A stretch of DNA of 64,000 nt from Eledone cirrhosa (GCA_964016885.1 OZ024743.1:358546001-358610000); one strand, 5' to 3'; numbered from the stretch's first letter, positions 21,906 through 36,429 are shown. The notes: generated by a model not told the origin, from the letters alone. Numbers and translations: made by a program.

Positions 21906-23442
21906 AAAAGAGGACTCCAATTATTGTGATCATCATTATTGTTGCTATTTGATGTCTATTTTCCGTGCTTGCATGGGTTAGACGGGTTTGTCATATTCCA
22001 AAGCTAAACCAGTCAGGTGGTCACATCTTCCTCATACGTTCTGCTTTCTGCTGGAAGCTTTTTATCATAGCACTAGCATTACCACCTTATAGGGTGGACT
22101 GGGTTCGTTTTATCATGATACCTACACTACTACCTTACAGGTTGGACTGAGTTCTTTTTATTGGGGCACCAGCACTGTGATGTTGGTAGAAAAAAGCTGC
22201 CCAGTTGTTATGTGACTTAATATCAACCAGATCTTAGCTTCTATATATTTATTTAAACATTATACTAATGTTTAGTCAACTTATTTGTATTTTACATGAC
22301 CTATTCACAGCAATGGTACCTACTCTTAACAACCTGTAATGATTTTGCAGAAAATATCTAAAAACGGGTTTATTATTTCAAATGTTTATATCTTTATGAT
22401 TGAATTGTGGAAATTTGCAGTAAACTAAAGAAAAGACTAATCATAATTAGTCTTTTCTTTTAATAATTATTAGTGTGATGCAGTCATAGTGATGTTTTGT
22501 ATTTTCAAGAAAGCCTTATTAATGTGATACAGGATGTTAAGAGCTACCATATCTATGCTTTATAAGCCAAGAAATATGTGACAAAAGAAATCGATAGTAA
22601 AATGGGGAGTGGTCGGCTTATAATGAAAATAAAAATCATTACATAATGGAATTGTGAAGCAACACTTAAAACTTTTCAATATCAAAATATTTTTTTGCTT
22701 ATTTCTCAGACATAAAATAAAGAGTAGACTTATATTTGGATCAGCTTATAGAGTAATCCTTTTTTTTTAAATATTTCAACGCCTTGTACAGTATCAATTT
22801 TTTTAATTATGTTACCTAATAATTGAACTATTCTTTAATTAAATGTTATGTAATACTTCTATATCAGTGGGGGCCTCCCTCAAATGGAAACCAGAAGGAG
22901 AGTGTAGTAAACAAAGCAGACATGGGCCTGGCCTGGGAATAGGCCTGTGTCAAGGTTTGCAACTATGCAGAATGGAAATTTCTCATTGCCCAATACTCCA
23001 TAAGGGAAAAGTGCAACTAAAAAAGGAGAAAAACATGAGGTTGCTCACCTTATTTCATTCTCAAGTTTCAGTCATTACAATACAACAATACACCTTTGTT
23101 ACTCTTGAACAAACATGATTAAATCCTTTAGTAACTTTCTGAAAGTGAGGCCTTGCAATCTCTTTTAAAATGTTAAACGTTGCAGGGATAACAAGTATTT
23201 AAACAAGAAGCTAGATAGACAATAACTTAGATAGTGATAAGTAATTCTTAAGTATAAAAAAAGCCTTAATGGAGCTCAATTATGTCAATATTTTGGAGTA
23301 ATTGCTCAAGCTTTGCCAGCTTTAAGAGAAAGCATACTCGAGAGCTAGGTCAGAAATTGTGTCCCCAAAGGAGCACTATGACACGAAGAGAGGGACCATG
23401 ATGGAGGAGAATTAAGTGAATAGATCTACCATTGGTTGATAT

Positions 23443-25927
23443 ATATAATAATAATAATAATGAAATATTGTGTACAGTGCTCAGGTGCACTACAACTCAT
23501 CAAAAAGTGTATGTATAGTACATAGGGTAATTTACAAACGTCAGGAAAATGAACAGTGCATGAGTCATGATATACACGTGTGCATGCGTATGGAAGGGGT
23601 ACATCAGGTGTAGTTTTGGCGAATTTCGGGAAGCATGAGGGTTTTAAAGGATGCAGTGTCTCGGCAGCTAATAACTGACACATGCAGTTTGTTCCATGCT
23701 TCAGTAACTCTGAGCGTGAAAAAATGTTTCAGAAAGTCATGGGAGCTGTGCTGTTTTCTGATTTTGGAGGGATGTCCACGTGTGTTAGACACATGGACAT
23801 CAAAAAAGGTGCTCAGGGTTGTTGTTGGCGAGATGGTTAATAACTTTGTGGGTGTTTACCAAGTCCATTGCCAGACGGAGCTTCAATGAATCCATGCCCA
23901 TGGAAGCAAGGCGTTCAGAGTATGGTAGGTGTCTGATGGAGGGTATGCGCTTGGTTGCATGTCTCTGAACAGTTTCCAGGCGGTCAATGTTCTTAGCAAG
24001 ATAGGAGTTCCAGACTGATGATGCGAATTCCAAGTGTGGTCGTACCATAGCTGTATACAGCTTTAGATAGATGGCTGGAGAGCAGCTCACAAAGGTCTTG
24101 CTGAGTGATGCCAAGACACCCTCGGCCTTCTTGACAATCCTAGAGACATGCTTTGTTCAACGCAAATCGCTGCTGACACAAATGCCCAGTAACGTTCACA
24201 AGAGGACTTCTTGATATCAGTGTTGTGGAGGGAGTATGTGGACGCTGGATTTTTCCTTCCAAAATGCATGGTGGTACACTTGTCCACAGCCAGCTTCAGT
24301 TGCCAGTCTGTGATGCATTGTGTCCAGGTCTGATTGTAGGAAAGAGTTGTAGATTTCAGGATCAGTCTTTTTGATTTCAAGGTACATCTGCATATTTCAG
24401 TACTGTGGCATTCTTTAAGTTGGCATCTATGTCATTAATATATGCCACAAACAAAAGGGGACCAAGAATAGATCCCTGTGGTACACCAGATGACATCTCA
24501 TGGTGAAGAATGCTGACCTAGAACCGTGACTACCTCTTTTCGGCTGATAATGAAGGATTTCAACCAGTTAAAAAGATCATCCCTCACACCCATTGCAGAG
24601 AGTTTTGTCACAAGTCTTTTGTGTGGCACAGAATTAAAAGCCTTAGCGAAGTCAAGGTAAACAACATCCACCCATGAGCCGCTGTCAGTGATCCGGGTAA
24701 TGTCTTCAAGGAACTCGATAAGCTGATCACAGCAGCTGGAGTTAGGGATAAATCCAAACTGCGAGGGCCAGATGAGGTTGTGAGAGCTCCAGAAGTTCCA
24801 AAGTGTTTCTCTGACACAGGATTCCATCAGTTTTCAGTTTGGCAATACAGCTAGTAAGACTGACTGGACGATAGTTGACAGGTGACATGCGGTCACCCTT
24901 TTTGAACAGGGGAATGACATTGGCAGTTTTCCACTGCTCCAGAGTAGCACCATTGTTGAGACAGTATTGAAAAAAAGAAAGAAAGCTGGTGCAAAAGGAA
25001 GTACCCGCCAGATTTGAGAAGCAGGTATGTAACACCATCAAGACCAGGGGAGGCATAGTCGCGCTTATTCTTAAGCTGACGTCGCAACATTGCAGGTGTA
25101 AATTCGATAGTTCTTATGGAATTTGATGTTGGAGATGGTACATTCTGGTTTTCAACAGTAAAAATGCTTGCATAGCACTCAGCAATGAGTTTTGCGCATT
25201 CTTTGGGATCGTCAGTGATCTGGCTTGTGTGGAGATTGCGAAGAGGACCAACTGGAGAGTGAGGTCTCTGCTTTGAATGAACATATTTCCAGAACACCTT
25301 ACTGTCAGGATTGGTTGTAATGCACTGTTCAAATTCAAGCACTGCCTTTTTTGTCACTTGCTTGAGATGGTTGGAAGATCTATTCCCCTTTTTTCTGTTG
25401 GCATCTGATTCATGCAGTTTATATTCCTGTTCAGCGTTCCAACGTTCTTTCCTGGCAAGTCGGACCGCTGAAGTTTCCCAAATTGCATTTTTGGGGTGGG
25501 GTTTTTCTGCTTACGTGGCACTGATGCTGCACACGCTATCCATATTGAGTCCATGATGCTCTGGAGTATAGTGTTCACATCTCCAGAGTTATAGAACTCA
25601 TGCCAGTTTGGGCGCTATAGCTCAGTGCAGTACAAGTTCCAATCAAAGCAAGCAGATTGGAGATGGTTCTGGTTTTTGTTGCTGCCCACAAGAGCCAGAT
25701 TGGCAATGATCAGAGTCGCCTAGAGGTTCCTCAGTAGTACAACTGATAACCACTTCAGGAGTAGTGATGAAGATCAGGTCCAAAGTGTTGTCACCTCTTG
25801 TTGGAGAGGTGACTACTTGTGACCAGTTTCAGTCCAGCACTAGCTCAAGGAAATCGTTTGCACTTTGTGGCCAACGAAAGGTTTCCCAATCGATCTCAGG
25901 ATCATTGAAGTCACCTGCAATAAACAC
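23443..25927 (-). mobile_element. 5'-truncated CR1-like LINE, copy B
   Basis: IAGDFNDPEIDW (APE), IPLFKKGDR..PVNYRPVSLTS, YLDFAKAFNSVPH, VRPHLEFASSVWN, FFTLRVTEAWNKL; (ATT)n tail; absent from unit A at ~3378. Confidence 0.9.
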
Positions 25928-27341
25928 ATATGAAGCCAGGTGATTAAAAATCCAAAGTTGACATTTGTAACTGTTGATTTAAAGGCCCTCATGATCGAGT
26001 TCTTCAACCATATTCACTGTAGCGAGAACCCTATATGGGGGTTTCCCAAACAAACATCAAGGTATGTCATTCAGATCCCAGTCTATCAGTGTCATCAACA
26101 CCTAGTGCAAATAGAACAGGCCTAGAGGGGTCTCTGATTCCTGATGTGGAAAGAAGATTGGGAAGGCTCTCAATATGTCCTCCAAGCAAAATGGTAGAGC
26201 TCCGAGGTCCTCTCACAGATCTGAGGATGACATCACTCCCTATAGAATTGAATGACTTCTTGAGATGGAGTTTGAGGGCCTCAGGGGTGTTAGTAAATGT
26301 TCTCGTGGCATGGACGGTTATTTCACACCCTAATTTTTCGCCCACTCCCAACTGAACAAAGTAAAATTCCGAGATGTAGTGTGAGACTGATAATTCCGCA
26401 AACGCTTTCCATAAGGCGTCTAAAAGTGCACTATACAACAATGAGGCGAAAGTCACCATTTGACTTCATATGACTGAACAGTTTAGCGTCGAAGAACAAA
26501 GGGAGGATACTCTCAGAAGAGACCGTGTTCAAATGATTTAAAAAAACACTCATTCTGTGATATTTTGCTGAGATGTTTATATATTCTTTTCGGTACTAGA
26601 TAGTCCTTCTAGTGTCTCTCTTAACAAATTGTATCTTTTTAAATCTTTGTTTTTCTCCATAATGATAATTTTTACTATGAGCACGTTTTTTTTAGGGTAA
26701 GTGGCAATATTAAAACATTTTTGCGTGTCAAGTTCGCCTCAATTGAGCAGGCTCACTATTAAAGACATTCTAAGCGTGACCATTTCTTCTTTAGAGAAAC
26801 AATGTATCTAGTATTACATTATTGAATGTGTTCTTTCCCTCTTGAAATAAAGCAGGGTAACTATTTTTAACAGGTCGAATGACCATGTAGAAGCTCCCTT
26901 GGTGTCACATGCATGGATGGTATTGACATTTATTTATTTAATCAATTTAAACATCCGTGTAAATTTAGTAAACCATAACAGATTGGGAGAGGTATTTAAT
27001 AATCCTTATAATTAAGAAACAAAAACGGAGGCAAATGAAACAACAATAGCCGGTTGGTCATATAGCGAGAGTACTGGGTTGTATGAATGTAACAAAACGA
27101 GGCATGGTTTGTGTGTATAATATTTAATTAACAATGGTAGATAGTATAGTTGTCATGTCAAAGAAATAGATGATAGAATGAAACAAAGTTAGTCGTTACC
27201 GTTTTGATTGCCAGGCAAACGCGGCTGGCAGAGGACGCCTGGCTAAGGCCAGGCCAAATGAGAGGCAGAGAGCCGAGAGCTATTCGTTTTATAGGGCTCT
27301 GCTGGAAGTTACAGAAAGGGTTCTACTTCCCGTCTAGACGT

Positions 27342-29615
27342 CACCAAATTCCGGTCAGGAAGGAGGATATTCCGAAAACTGCAATTACAACCCCTTTCGG
27401 ATCATTCGAATTTTTGACCATGCCTTTCGGACTCAGGAACGCCGCTAGCACTTTTCAGCGGTTCATAGACGAGGTCACGCGTGGTCTGGACTTCGTCTAT
27501 GCTTACATAGACGATATTCTCGTCGCTAGTTCCTCTCCGGAAGAGCATATGCGCCACATGCTTCTCTTACTTCGGCGACTTCAGGATTACCGCGTTCGCG
27601 TGAATCCTGCAAAGTGTGTTTTCGTTTCCACTTCCCTACATTTTTTAGGCCACCTCATCGACGCCGAAGGTATTAGGCCGCTCCCTGAGCGAGTTCAAGC
27701 CATACAGGAGTTACCGCCGCCTACTACACTTAACCAGTTGCGTCACTTCTTAGGCCTAATCAATTTCTATAGGCGTTTCATTCCTCATTGTGCTAATTGG
27801 CTATCTTCCCTTACTGACATTTTTAAAAAACGTCGTAAGAAGAATGAAGACATTTCCTTGACACAAGGACAGCTTCAGGACTTCCAGTCTGCCAAGACAG
27901 CCCTCGCTAGTTCTTCTTTGCTAGCCCACCCGGTACCAGAGGCCAAGCTTTCGCTTTGTGTTGATGCATCTGATACCGCTGTGGGAGCAGTTTTACAGCA
28001 GTCTTACGCTGAAAACCAACAACCTTTGGCATTTTTCTCGAGGAAGTTGAAACCAGCAGAAACGCGTTATAGCACGTTTGGGCGGGAATTATTAGCCATA
28101 TATCTGTCGGTGAAACATTTCTCTCATATCCTTGAGGGGAGAAATTTTACGGTTTTTACCGACCACAAACCGTTGACCTTCGCTTTGAGGGCCAAAGCCG
28201 ACAGATATTCGCCCAGAGAGACAAGATACCTGGACTACGTTTCACAATTTACAAACGATATCCAGCACATTGCCGGCTCGCACAACATAGTTGCAGACGC
28301 ATTATCTCGTTTGCCAATTAGCTCCATCTCGTCATCCCAGGATATCGATTTAGGTCGTTTAGCTGCAGACCAACCTGCACTCCAATCGTTGGACACTCTT
28401 TCTACCGAATTTGCGACTTGCATTTTCAAATATCTGCCCTTGTCCACCACCGACAGGCAGATCCTTTGTGATGTATCCACTGATGCACCACGACCACTTG
28501 TTCCTGAGACTCACCGTCGAATAGTGTTTCTGGCTCTGCACAACATTTCTCATCCAAGATCTGCTGCCACAGTTAAACTCATAACAGCCAGATTCTTCTG
28601 GCCTAATATGAGGCGCGACATTGCTGTTTTTTGCCGTTCCTGTATCGCTTGCCAGAAATCGAAGATCCATAGACACATCCGGACTCCACTGGATACTTTC
28701 ACCACTCCAGATGCCCGGTTCCAACACATCCACATTGACATCGTTGGACCTTGGCCATTCAGCAGTGGATATTCCTACATATTGACGTGTGTCGATCGTT
28801 TTTCGCGATGGCCTGAAGCTATCCATTTACAAGACATGACTGCCGAGACTGTAGCACGTGCCCTGGTATCAGGGTGGATTACCCGCTTTGGGGTACCAAC
28901 TACACTCACCACAGACCGCGGTAGACAATTCGAGTCCCATCTCTTCTCTGAGCTCACCAAAATAATTGGAGCTCAACGGATTCGAACCACGGCCTATCAT
29001 CCTGCTTCAAATGGAATGGTGGAACGATTCCACCGCCAATTAAAGGCCGCTCTTCGCGCCTATCCAGACTCTCAACGTTGGAGCGAGTACCTTCCTATTG
29101 TGTTATTAGGAATTCGGTCATCAATAAAGGAGGACCTTGGGTTCTCCCCGGCCGAATTAATTTACGGTGCTCCTCTAGCGTTGCCTGGGCAAATGCTTGC
29201 CCCTGTTGATCTTGCTTTCCAAGATCCGCTTTCCTACGTATCCCGTCTGCGTTCTTATTTACAGGACCTGCCGCCGATGGATACGAGGAAGCAAACTGTA
29301 AAACATGCGGTCCCAAGGGACATTGCCTCGTGGACCCATGTGTTCGTAAGGAACGATGCTGTGAGACCACCCCTCACACACCCATACTCTGGACCCTACC
29401 GTGTGTTAGCACGCACTGATAAACATTTCACTGTAGACATTAAGGGGTCCAGAGAGACAATTTCGGTGGATAGACTGAAAAGGGCACACAATGACGCTCA
29501 TACACCCGAGCCACAAATACCCCAATCTTTCACCATTGTGCACACACCTGCTCCTTCTGCCCCACCTTCACCTACATACAAGACTACGACCCGTTCCGGT
29601 CGGAGAGTCCACTAG
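27342..29615 (+). CDS. Gypsy pol remnant: partial RT, RNase H, integrase (no internal stops)
   Basis: HQIPV...KTAITTPFG...MPFGLRNA...YIDDIL (RT); [23 protein letters not shown] (RH); H-H-C-C and HIDIVGP...[10 protein letters not shown]...NGMVERFHR (IN); GPY motif. The ORF track start at 27204 lies in non-coding LTR sequence. Confidence 0.9.
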   Translation, partial: HQIPVRKEDIPKTAITTPFGSFEFLTMPFGLRNAASTFQRFIDEVTRGLDFVYAYIDDILVASSSPEEHMRHMLLLLRRLQDYRVRVNPAKCVFVSTSLHFLGHLIDAEGIRPLPERVQAIQELPPPTTLNQLRHFLGLINFYRRFIPHCANWLSSLTDIFKKRRKKNEDISLTQGQLQDFQSAKTALASSSLLAHPVPEAKLSLCVDASDTAVGAVLQQSYAENQQPLAFFSRKLKPAETRYSTFGRELLAIYLSVKHFSHILEGRNFTVFTDHKPLTFALRAKADRYSPRETRYLDYVSQFTNDIQHIAGSHNIVADALSRLPISSISSSQDIDLGRLAADQPALQSLDTLSTEFATCIFKYLPLSTTDRQILCDVSTDAPRPLVPETHRRIVFLALHNISHPRSAATVKLITARFFWPNMRRDIAVFCRSCIACQKSKIHRHIRTPLDTFTTPDARFQHIHIDIVGPWPFSSGYSYILTCVDRFSRWPEAIHLQDMTAETVARALVSGWITRFGVPTTLTTDRGRQFESHLFSELTKIIGAQRIRTTAYHPASNGMVERFHRQLKAALRAYPDSQRWSEYLPIVLLGIRSSIKEDLGFSPAELIYGAPLALPGQMLAPVDLAFQDPLSYVSRLRSYLQDLPPMDTRKQTVKHAVPRDIASWTHVFVRNDAVRPPLTHPYSGPYRVLARTDKHFTVDIKGSRETISVDRLKRAHNDAHTPEPQIPQSFTIVHTPAPSAPPSPTYKTTTRSGRRVH

Positions 29616-30273
29616 CCCAAAAAGTTCTGCCAAACTATTTTTATGTGAACTGGCCATTGGAGCCTTATATATATATATTATTATTTTTTTTTTTTGCTGT
29701 TCTTATTTATTGATTTATTGTATTGCAATGTACCTCTCATTACCATTTCACTGGATGTATATATATGTTTTTCGTTTCCTTTACAACGAACATTTTAAGC
29801 TATATTCTTCTATTTGCCGGTTTATAAATTTACCACGTAAATTTACCGTTGATAACCGCGCATTTATTAAGAATGCTTATTTCTCTGGTCGCTGGCCCCT
29901 TGACCCTTCCAGGCCAACGCATTCACAACATCAGCGACAACTACACAGCTTCATCAACAACTAAAACCAGCAGAACAAGCCAGACAATTTATTTCTGCAG
30001 CACTCTGCCTGTGAGAAATTACCTCCGGAAGTTGGACATTTCATGTTATACCACAGACCAGAAACCACCTGCATTCATTCTCTGGAACACATTCTTTACT
30101 GCTGTCATGTGACTGCACACATGTTAACTGTATTTTAGATATTTGAACTTTTGACCTCTTCTCTTACTTCCATTACTCTGTACCATAGTTTTCATGCCTC
30201 TTACATGCTCGCCATCTTACTCCATGCATGCTTCTTTCGATTTTTATGTTTTAAAAATCTGGCGGGGGGATAT

Positions 30274-30683
30274 TGTAGTAAGAGTTGCCTCCCCTGCCAC
30301 GACAATCGAATCGCTGTTCTCTAGACAGGAAGTAGGTGGAGTTGCTTCCCTTTGGGATTGACCAGACCCCCTAGTGGTCACTTCCGGTCAACAGATATAA
30401 AAGGAACAATTTACCGCGAAATCTCTCTCTCGCCTCCTGATTCCTAGCTGGTGATTCTTTCTGGACTACCCTTTCGTTACCAAGCACAATGCAGCTTGCA
30501 GCCTGAGATGAGAGCGCCAAGATATTTCTACCAACTTCAGAATTGTATTATTGCCATCGGGTAACAAACCCTTACATTATATGCCTTTGACTTCTATGAA
30601 GTAAAACTTTATTACACACACACACACCAGTATTTTTTGTCTTTTATATTATGTTGCATGTACACCGATATTTATTTCCTAAA
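30274..30683 (+). repeat. 3' LTR of the Gypsy element (LTR-A)
   Basis: Starts TGTAG just after the PPT; cacttccggtca + tataaaa at 30379-30402; ends ...tttcctaaa at the TSD. Confidence 0.8.
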
Positions 30684-30903
30684 GTCATTTACAATATTTT
30701 GTACCTCCAATCTTTGTAGTTTTTAAAAGACGAACTTCGAGATGCCCTCCTCTTTCACAGGCTGTTGTTTACATTCTCCAACCACCATGAATATATACCT
30801 TAAGTATGGTCATTTGGTACCCGGTAGGGGTAATTAGACGCATACTAAGAGAGAGATAATCGTCTCTGAGTATCGAGCACCACTTGGTGTCTGATAGGAG
30901 GAT

Positions 30904-31324
30904 TTTAGGAAATAGATATCGGTGCACATGCAACAGTTACACGTCAGGGTTACCAATATAGCGGAGATTACTGGTTGCATGAATGTAACAAAACGAGACA
31001 TGGTTTGTGTATATAATATTTAATTAACGGTAGATAGAATACTTGACATGTCAAAGATAGAGTGTTAGAATTAAACAAGGTTAGTAGTTACCGTTTTGAT
31101 TGCCAGGCAAACGCGGCTGGCAGAGGGCGCCTGGCTAAGGCCAGGCGCCGGTTGGCCAAATTAATGGCAGAGCCAAATGAGAAGACTCTTGACCTGGTGC
31201 CGAAAAGGCAAAGAGAGAAAGGAAGCTCTAAGCCGCCAGTTTTATAGGGCTCTGACCGGAAGTCGCAGAAAGGGCTCCACCTCCCGTCCAGATCCCAACC
31301 AAAACAAGGGAGACAACCGCTACA
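30904..31324 (-). mobile_element. Solo LTR (LTR-B, related family)
   Basis: Minus strand TGTAGC...tgttgcatgtgcaccgatatctatttcctaaa; absent in A (~4684) and C (~44561); imperfect TSD (ggat/agat). Confidence 0.8.
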
Positions 31325-31503
31325 AGATGAAAGCTATATAAATTCTAATCTTTAATATTTACAAGGTCGTGAACGGGAAGAGTGAAGTTTAGGAACTGCC
31401 TTCGTTAGCAATAAAAATCTGTTAGCTGAGTTCATTAATTTATTTATATAATCTATTACTTTCCCCCACATGTATTTATATGTGTGACTGATAGTGAGTG
31501 TAT

Positions 31504-31889
31504 TTGGCAGTATCGGTAGAGGGTCGGACGCCATGCTTTCCAGCATAGTTACGTCTCTTTATGATCTGAGTTCAAATCCCGCCGAGGTTGACTTTGCCTT
31601 TCATCCTTACGGGGTCGATAAAATAAAGTACCAGTACTGTACTGTGTGATTGCTGGCCCTGTGCCAAAAGTAGAAACAATTATTAGCAGAAGCGGTGAAT
31701 TGGCAGTATCGGTAGATGGTTGGACGCCACGCTTTCTAGCATAGTTAATAGTTACGTCCCTTCACGGTCTGAGTTCAAATTCCGCCGAGGTTAACCTTGC
31801 CTTTCATCCTTACGGGATCGCTAAAATAAAGTACCAGTAATGTACTGAGTGATTGCTGGCCTTGTGCCAAATGAAGAAACAATTATTAG
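31504..31889 (+). mobile_element. Two tandem MetaSINE-like SINEs
   Basis: Two head-to-tail copies ending aaacaattattagcag; the second is shared with unit C (44759), the first is B-specific; both absent in A (~4880). Confidence 0.85.
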
Positions 31890-32134
31890 CAGCTGCAGGA
31901 ATAATTAGTCATCAACGACAACGAGCTGTTAGCTGACGGAAGTGCTTGATGATGAAAGTTTTGGCGACAATATAGAAGGGGTTCGTACCTTAATTTTTCA
32001 CATATTACACTCAACATATGAAATGGTGATTGTTTAACTAATATCCGACAGTTTACAAAGTAAACACTTAACTGTAATCAATTGTTGTATTAGGGACATG
32101 AATGGGTATTTAGTATGACGATTTGTTTCGTCTG

Positions 32135-32151
32135 CACTTCCGCTCAGCCAT
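32135..32151 (+). promoter_or_regulatory. Putative ZNF2-B promoter motif
   Basis: cacttccgctcagccat. Confidence 0.55.
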
Positions 32152-33884
32152 AACATTATATATATTTATATTTTTATCCAATGTGTGTGAGAATGAAGAT
32201 AGGGGTAGATGTATGTATATAGTTCGTTTTTTGTATTTGTTTTGCAAGATTCTCGATGTGAAATCGTATTGAAACAGATATTATTATTATACATACTTAT
32301 ATTTACCTCTATCTTTATTCAAACATACACAAACGGCTTGGTCGGGTTTTTACATCTCTCTCTTGTTACAGTAAGGAAGGAAAGGCAATACCCATGACCC
32401 CTTTTCAGGCCTTCTGAGACCTGACTACTGGAAGGAAGGTATCCCGAGACCTAGTTCGAATGCTTGAGGGGATTCCGTTAAAAGCATCCAAAGACAAGGT
32501 CGTCTTAAACCGGGTGAAGGATTAAGTTTACCACCATAGTACATTACCACAGTGAACTCAGAACGCAAAACGTCGGAACAAATTCTGCAAGGCATTCTCG
32601 TCATGCTCACTCAGTCCTGTTTACTTACCGCCCTGGGATGATACTTTATTTTATCGACCTTTAAAGTATGGACCCTTAAAGAACGAAAGGCAAAATTGAG
32701 CGCAGAACAAACGACGCAATGCATTTTTATTTTACGCTCTAACGAGATAGAGGTGTAAATATTGGTAGTAGAGGTAGAATTAAAAGTATATGTGTGAATA
32801 TTGATAGAAATTAAGGTGATATATGTGAATATTGGTAGAAATAGATGTGAACAGAAGTGTGTATGTGTGTGTGTAAATATTGGTAGAATTATGAGCGTAT
32901 TCTCATCATGATTTAACGTCTGTTCCTCCCGCTAATACAAACTAGTGTATATGCTATGCAATCGTGATCATTTTCCATTGTTGTAGTTCACTGTAGAAAG
33001 ATGTATCCAAAATGACTTTCTGACCTACCAGACAGGCCGGGAGAAGAGAGGTCTTTATTATGCTTACATACAGTCTTATGTTCTATCGTGTGCACAGCAG
33101 AGGTCATGTCTTTTGATACAAACTGAAAGGTCCTCACAATCCTTTGTTTGGCAAGCTTTCTACGGCTGGATGCCCTTTCTTAAACAAGCCACTTTACAGA
33201 TGGACTTTACTGTATAAATCACCAGTATTACAGCGGTTATGTCCTTGACACAACTGAAGAACACTCCCAACTTTTTGTTTGGCAAGCTTTTTATGACTGG
33301 ATACCCTTCCTATCACCAACCACTTGACGATGTGTACTGGGTGTGTTTATTGTGTAAGATCACGAACACTAGAAAGGTTGTGTCATTGACACAACTGAAG
33401 GGTACTGTCAATCTTTTTATGCATGGTTTTTACTGTGGGGGTACCCTTCTTGTTCAAACCACCCTTACCAGAGTGTACCAGGTGCATTTGTGTGGGTCAT
33501 AGATCCAACTATAGAGCGCTCTCTGCTCTGATGAGGAGGTGATAAGGAAAGGAGATAGGTATTAAGTTATAGGTGTATGTGATGATTTGGCAGGGCGATG
33601 AGGAAGGGGTGGAGAGAGGAGATATAGTGGTGTGGGGGATGTGGTCAATAGATTGTGAGGAGGAGCAGTGATAGAGAAATAGGTAAGGGGTGGTAGTGTG
33701 GAGGTGCAGTAATGAGGATATCTAAGGGCTTTAGAAGGGGCGAGTAGCTAAGGAATGTTTCTGGAGTGCTAATGAAAGGGGTGGGCACACATGGATAGAC
33801 CAGGACATATTGTATGCTTGTGGCTGGGTCAGTGTCACAGCATAGCACCAGCCCTGGCAACTGAAGGAATCTACTTTATGTGTT

Positions 33885-35095
33885 TTAGTGCTTAGTTCTC
33901 CAGTGCATCTTCCACATACAAAGTCTTATCTTTTCTGTTAATCTGCTAGCAATCCCTCTACATCTCTTATACATCCATAGATAACAATGTGTGCACCTTA
34001 CAGAACTACTGTGTGCCTCTTTCTGACATACCAAAAAGAACCATTTCCTGATGGTATTCTCTTTCCTACTTATTAATACTTTTGTCTTTAAGTTTACTTT
34101 TAGGCCTTTCAACTTTAGGTTCTTCTTCCATGCTTGAATTTTGCTTCTAATCCCCCTACGGATTTAGCTATGAGGACTAGGTCACCAGCATATAAGAGCT
34201 CCCATAAGGTGCTAGTTTTAAACTTCTCAGTGATGGCCTGATAGACAATGATAAACAGGAGCGGACTGACGACTGAGCCCTGATGGACCCCAACCTGCAC
34301 TTCAAATTCATCACTGTACTTATTTTCAACTCTCACTCTGTTGGTTACTCCTTTATACATGGCTTGCATGGCCCTCACAAGCCATTCTTCTATACCTAGC
34401 TTCCTAATTGCCCACCAAATTACATAGCGTGGGACCCTGTCAAAAGCCAGATACAGTGGCTTACTCTTAGCTAAGTACCTCTCTTGTTGTTGTCTCACCA
34501 GAAAGAGGGCATCAGTCGTACTCCTGCTTGGCATAAATTAAAACTGCATCATGTCTAACTTATTTCTGTTCCTAATTAGTTGTGTTGTAACCCTTTCAGC
34601 AAATATTTTGACCTTGTCCATCAATTTCATACCTCTATAGTTACTTCTCTCTAGTGCGTTTCCTTTGTCCTTGTAGCAGTTTGCAATGATACTGTTGCAC
34701 AAGTCATTGTGTGCGACCCCTTCCTGTACTACTTGATTAACTGTGTGTCTGACTAGTGCATATCGTACCATGCTAGATGCTTTTAGTATCTCAGCAACTA
34801 TACCAGGTGGTCCAGCTGCCTTCCCTACTTTCATGTCTTTAATTGCTTCATCTACCACATTGTTGTCAACTTTTATAGTTGGGTCTGCATGGGGTAGACC
34901 CTCGCTGTTCCATTTATTCTCTCCATTCAGCAGTCTCATAGTAAGTCTTCCATGCTTCATTCTTTTTAGCATCAGACAGAACAAGTGCTCCACTATCATT
35001 TCAAATGCACTTTTCCCCAACCACATCACGATTTTCTCTAACAAACCTTTTGATAACTCCAAACACTTCATGACACAGAACATGAGCAAATTTCT
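33885..35095 (-). mobile_element. Decayed RTE LINE fragment, copy B
   Basis: Paralog of 6905-8110. Confidence 0.85.
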
Positions 35096-35285
35096 GGAGG
35101 AATAATCTAAATGTCATACAGAATTTATCCTTAAGCTGTATTGTAGTTCACTCCATTGCCTTATATGGAAGTAGATTCATCTATTACCAATAATATACTG
35201 TATTTCCAGGTACACTCTTAAATTTGTTTTCTTTAATTTCAGGACTGGTATATTGTAAAGTCGAATCTTACCAATTTGTTTCTAG

Positions 35286-36429
<1,144 letters not shown>

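Larger units (their letters stand above)
2682..22739 (+). repeat. Tandem segmental duplication unit A (intact ZNF2 + ZNF3)
   Basis: Colinear high-identity matches to 22740-40060 and 40061-53226, apart from indels and TE insertions. Confidence 0.92.
27062..30683 (+). mobile_element. Gypsy/Ty3 LTR retrotransposon, 5'-truncated and chimeric, with 5-bp TSD
   Basis: gtcat at 27057-27061 and 30684-30688; empty site in A (~4481) and C (~44346); pol ORF, PPT ggcgggggga (30261-30270) and LTR. Confidence 0.9.

Noticed and set aside
27204-27341. N-terminus of the 803-aa ORF as a genuine protein start
   Set aside because: TTG start inside an antisense LTR fragment; chance read-through into pol
29491-30112. 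Hydrophobic ORFs after the integrase as an env gene
   Set aside because: Hydrophobicity comes from T-rich low-complexity sequence; short, with no env-like organisation
31690-31790. tRNA genes at GTTCAAAT/GTTCGAT motifs
   Set aside because: They are SINE heads followed by SINE core, tail and TSDs; no full cloverleaf
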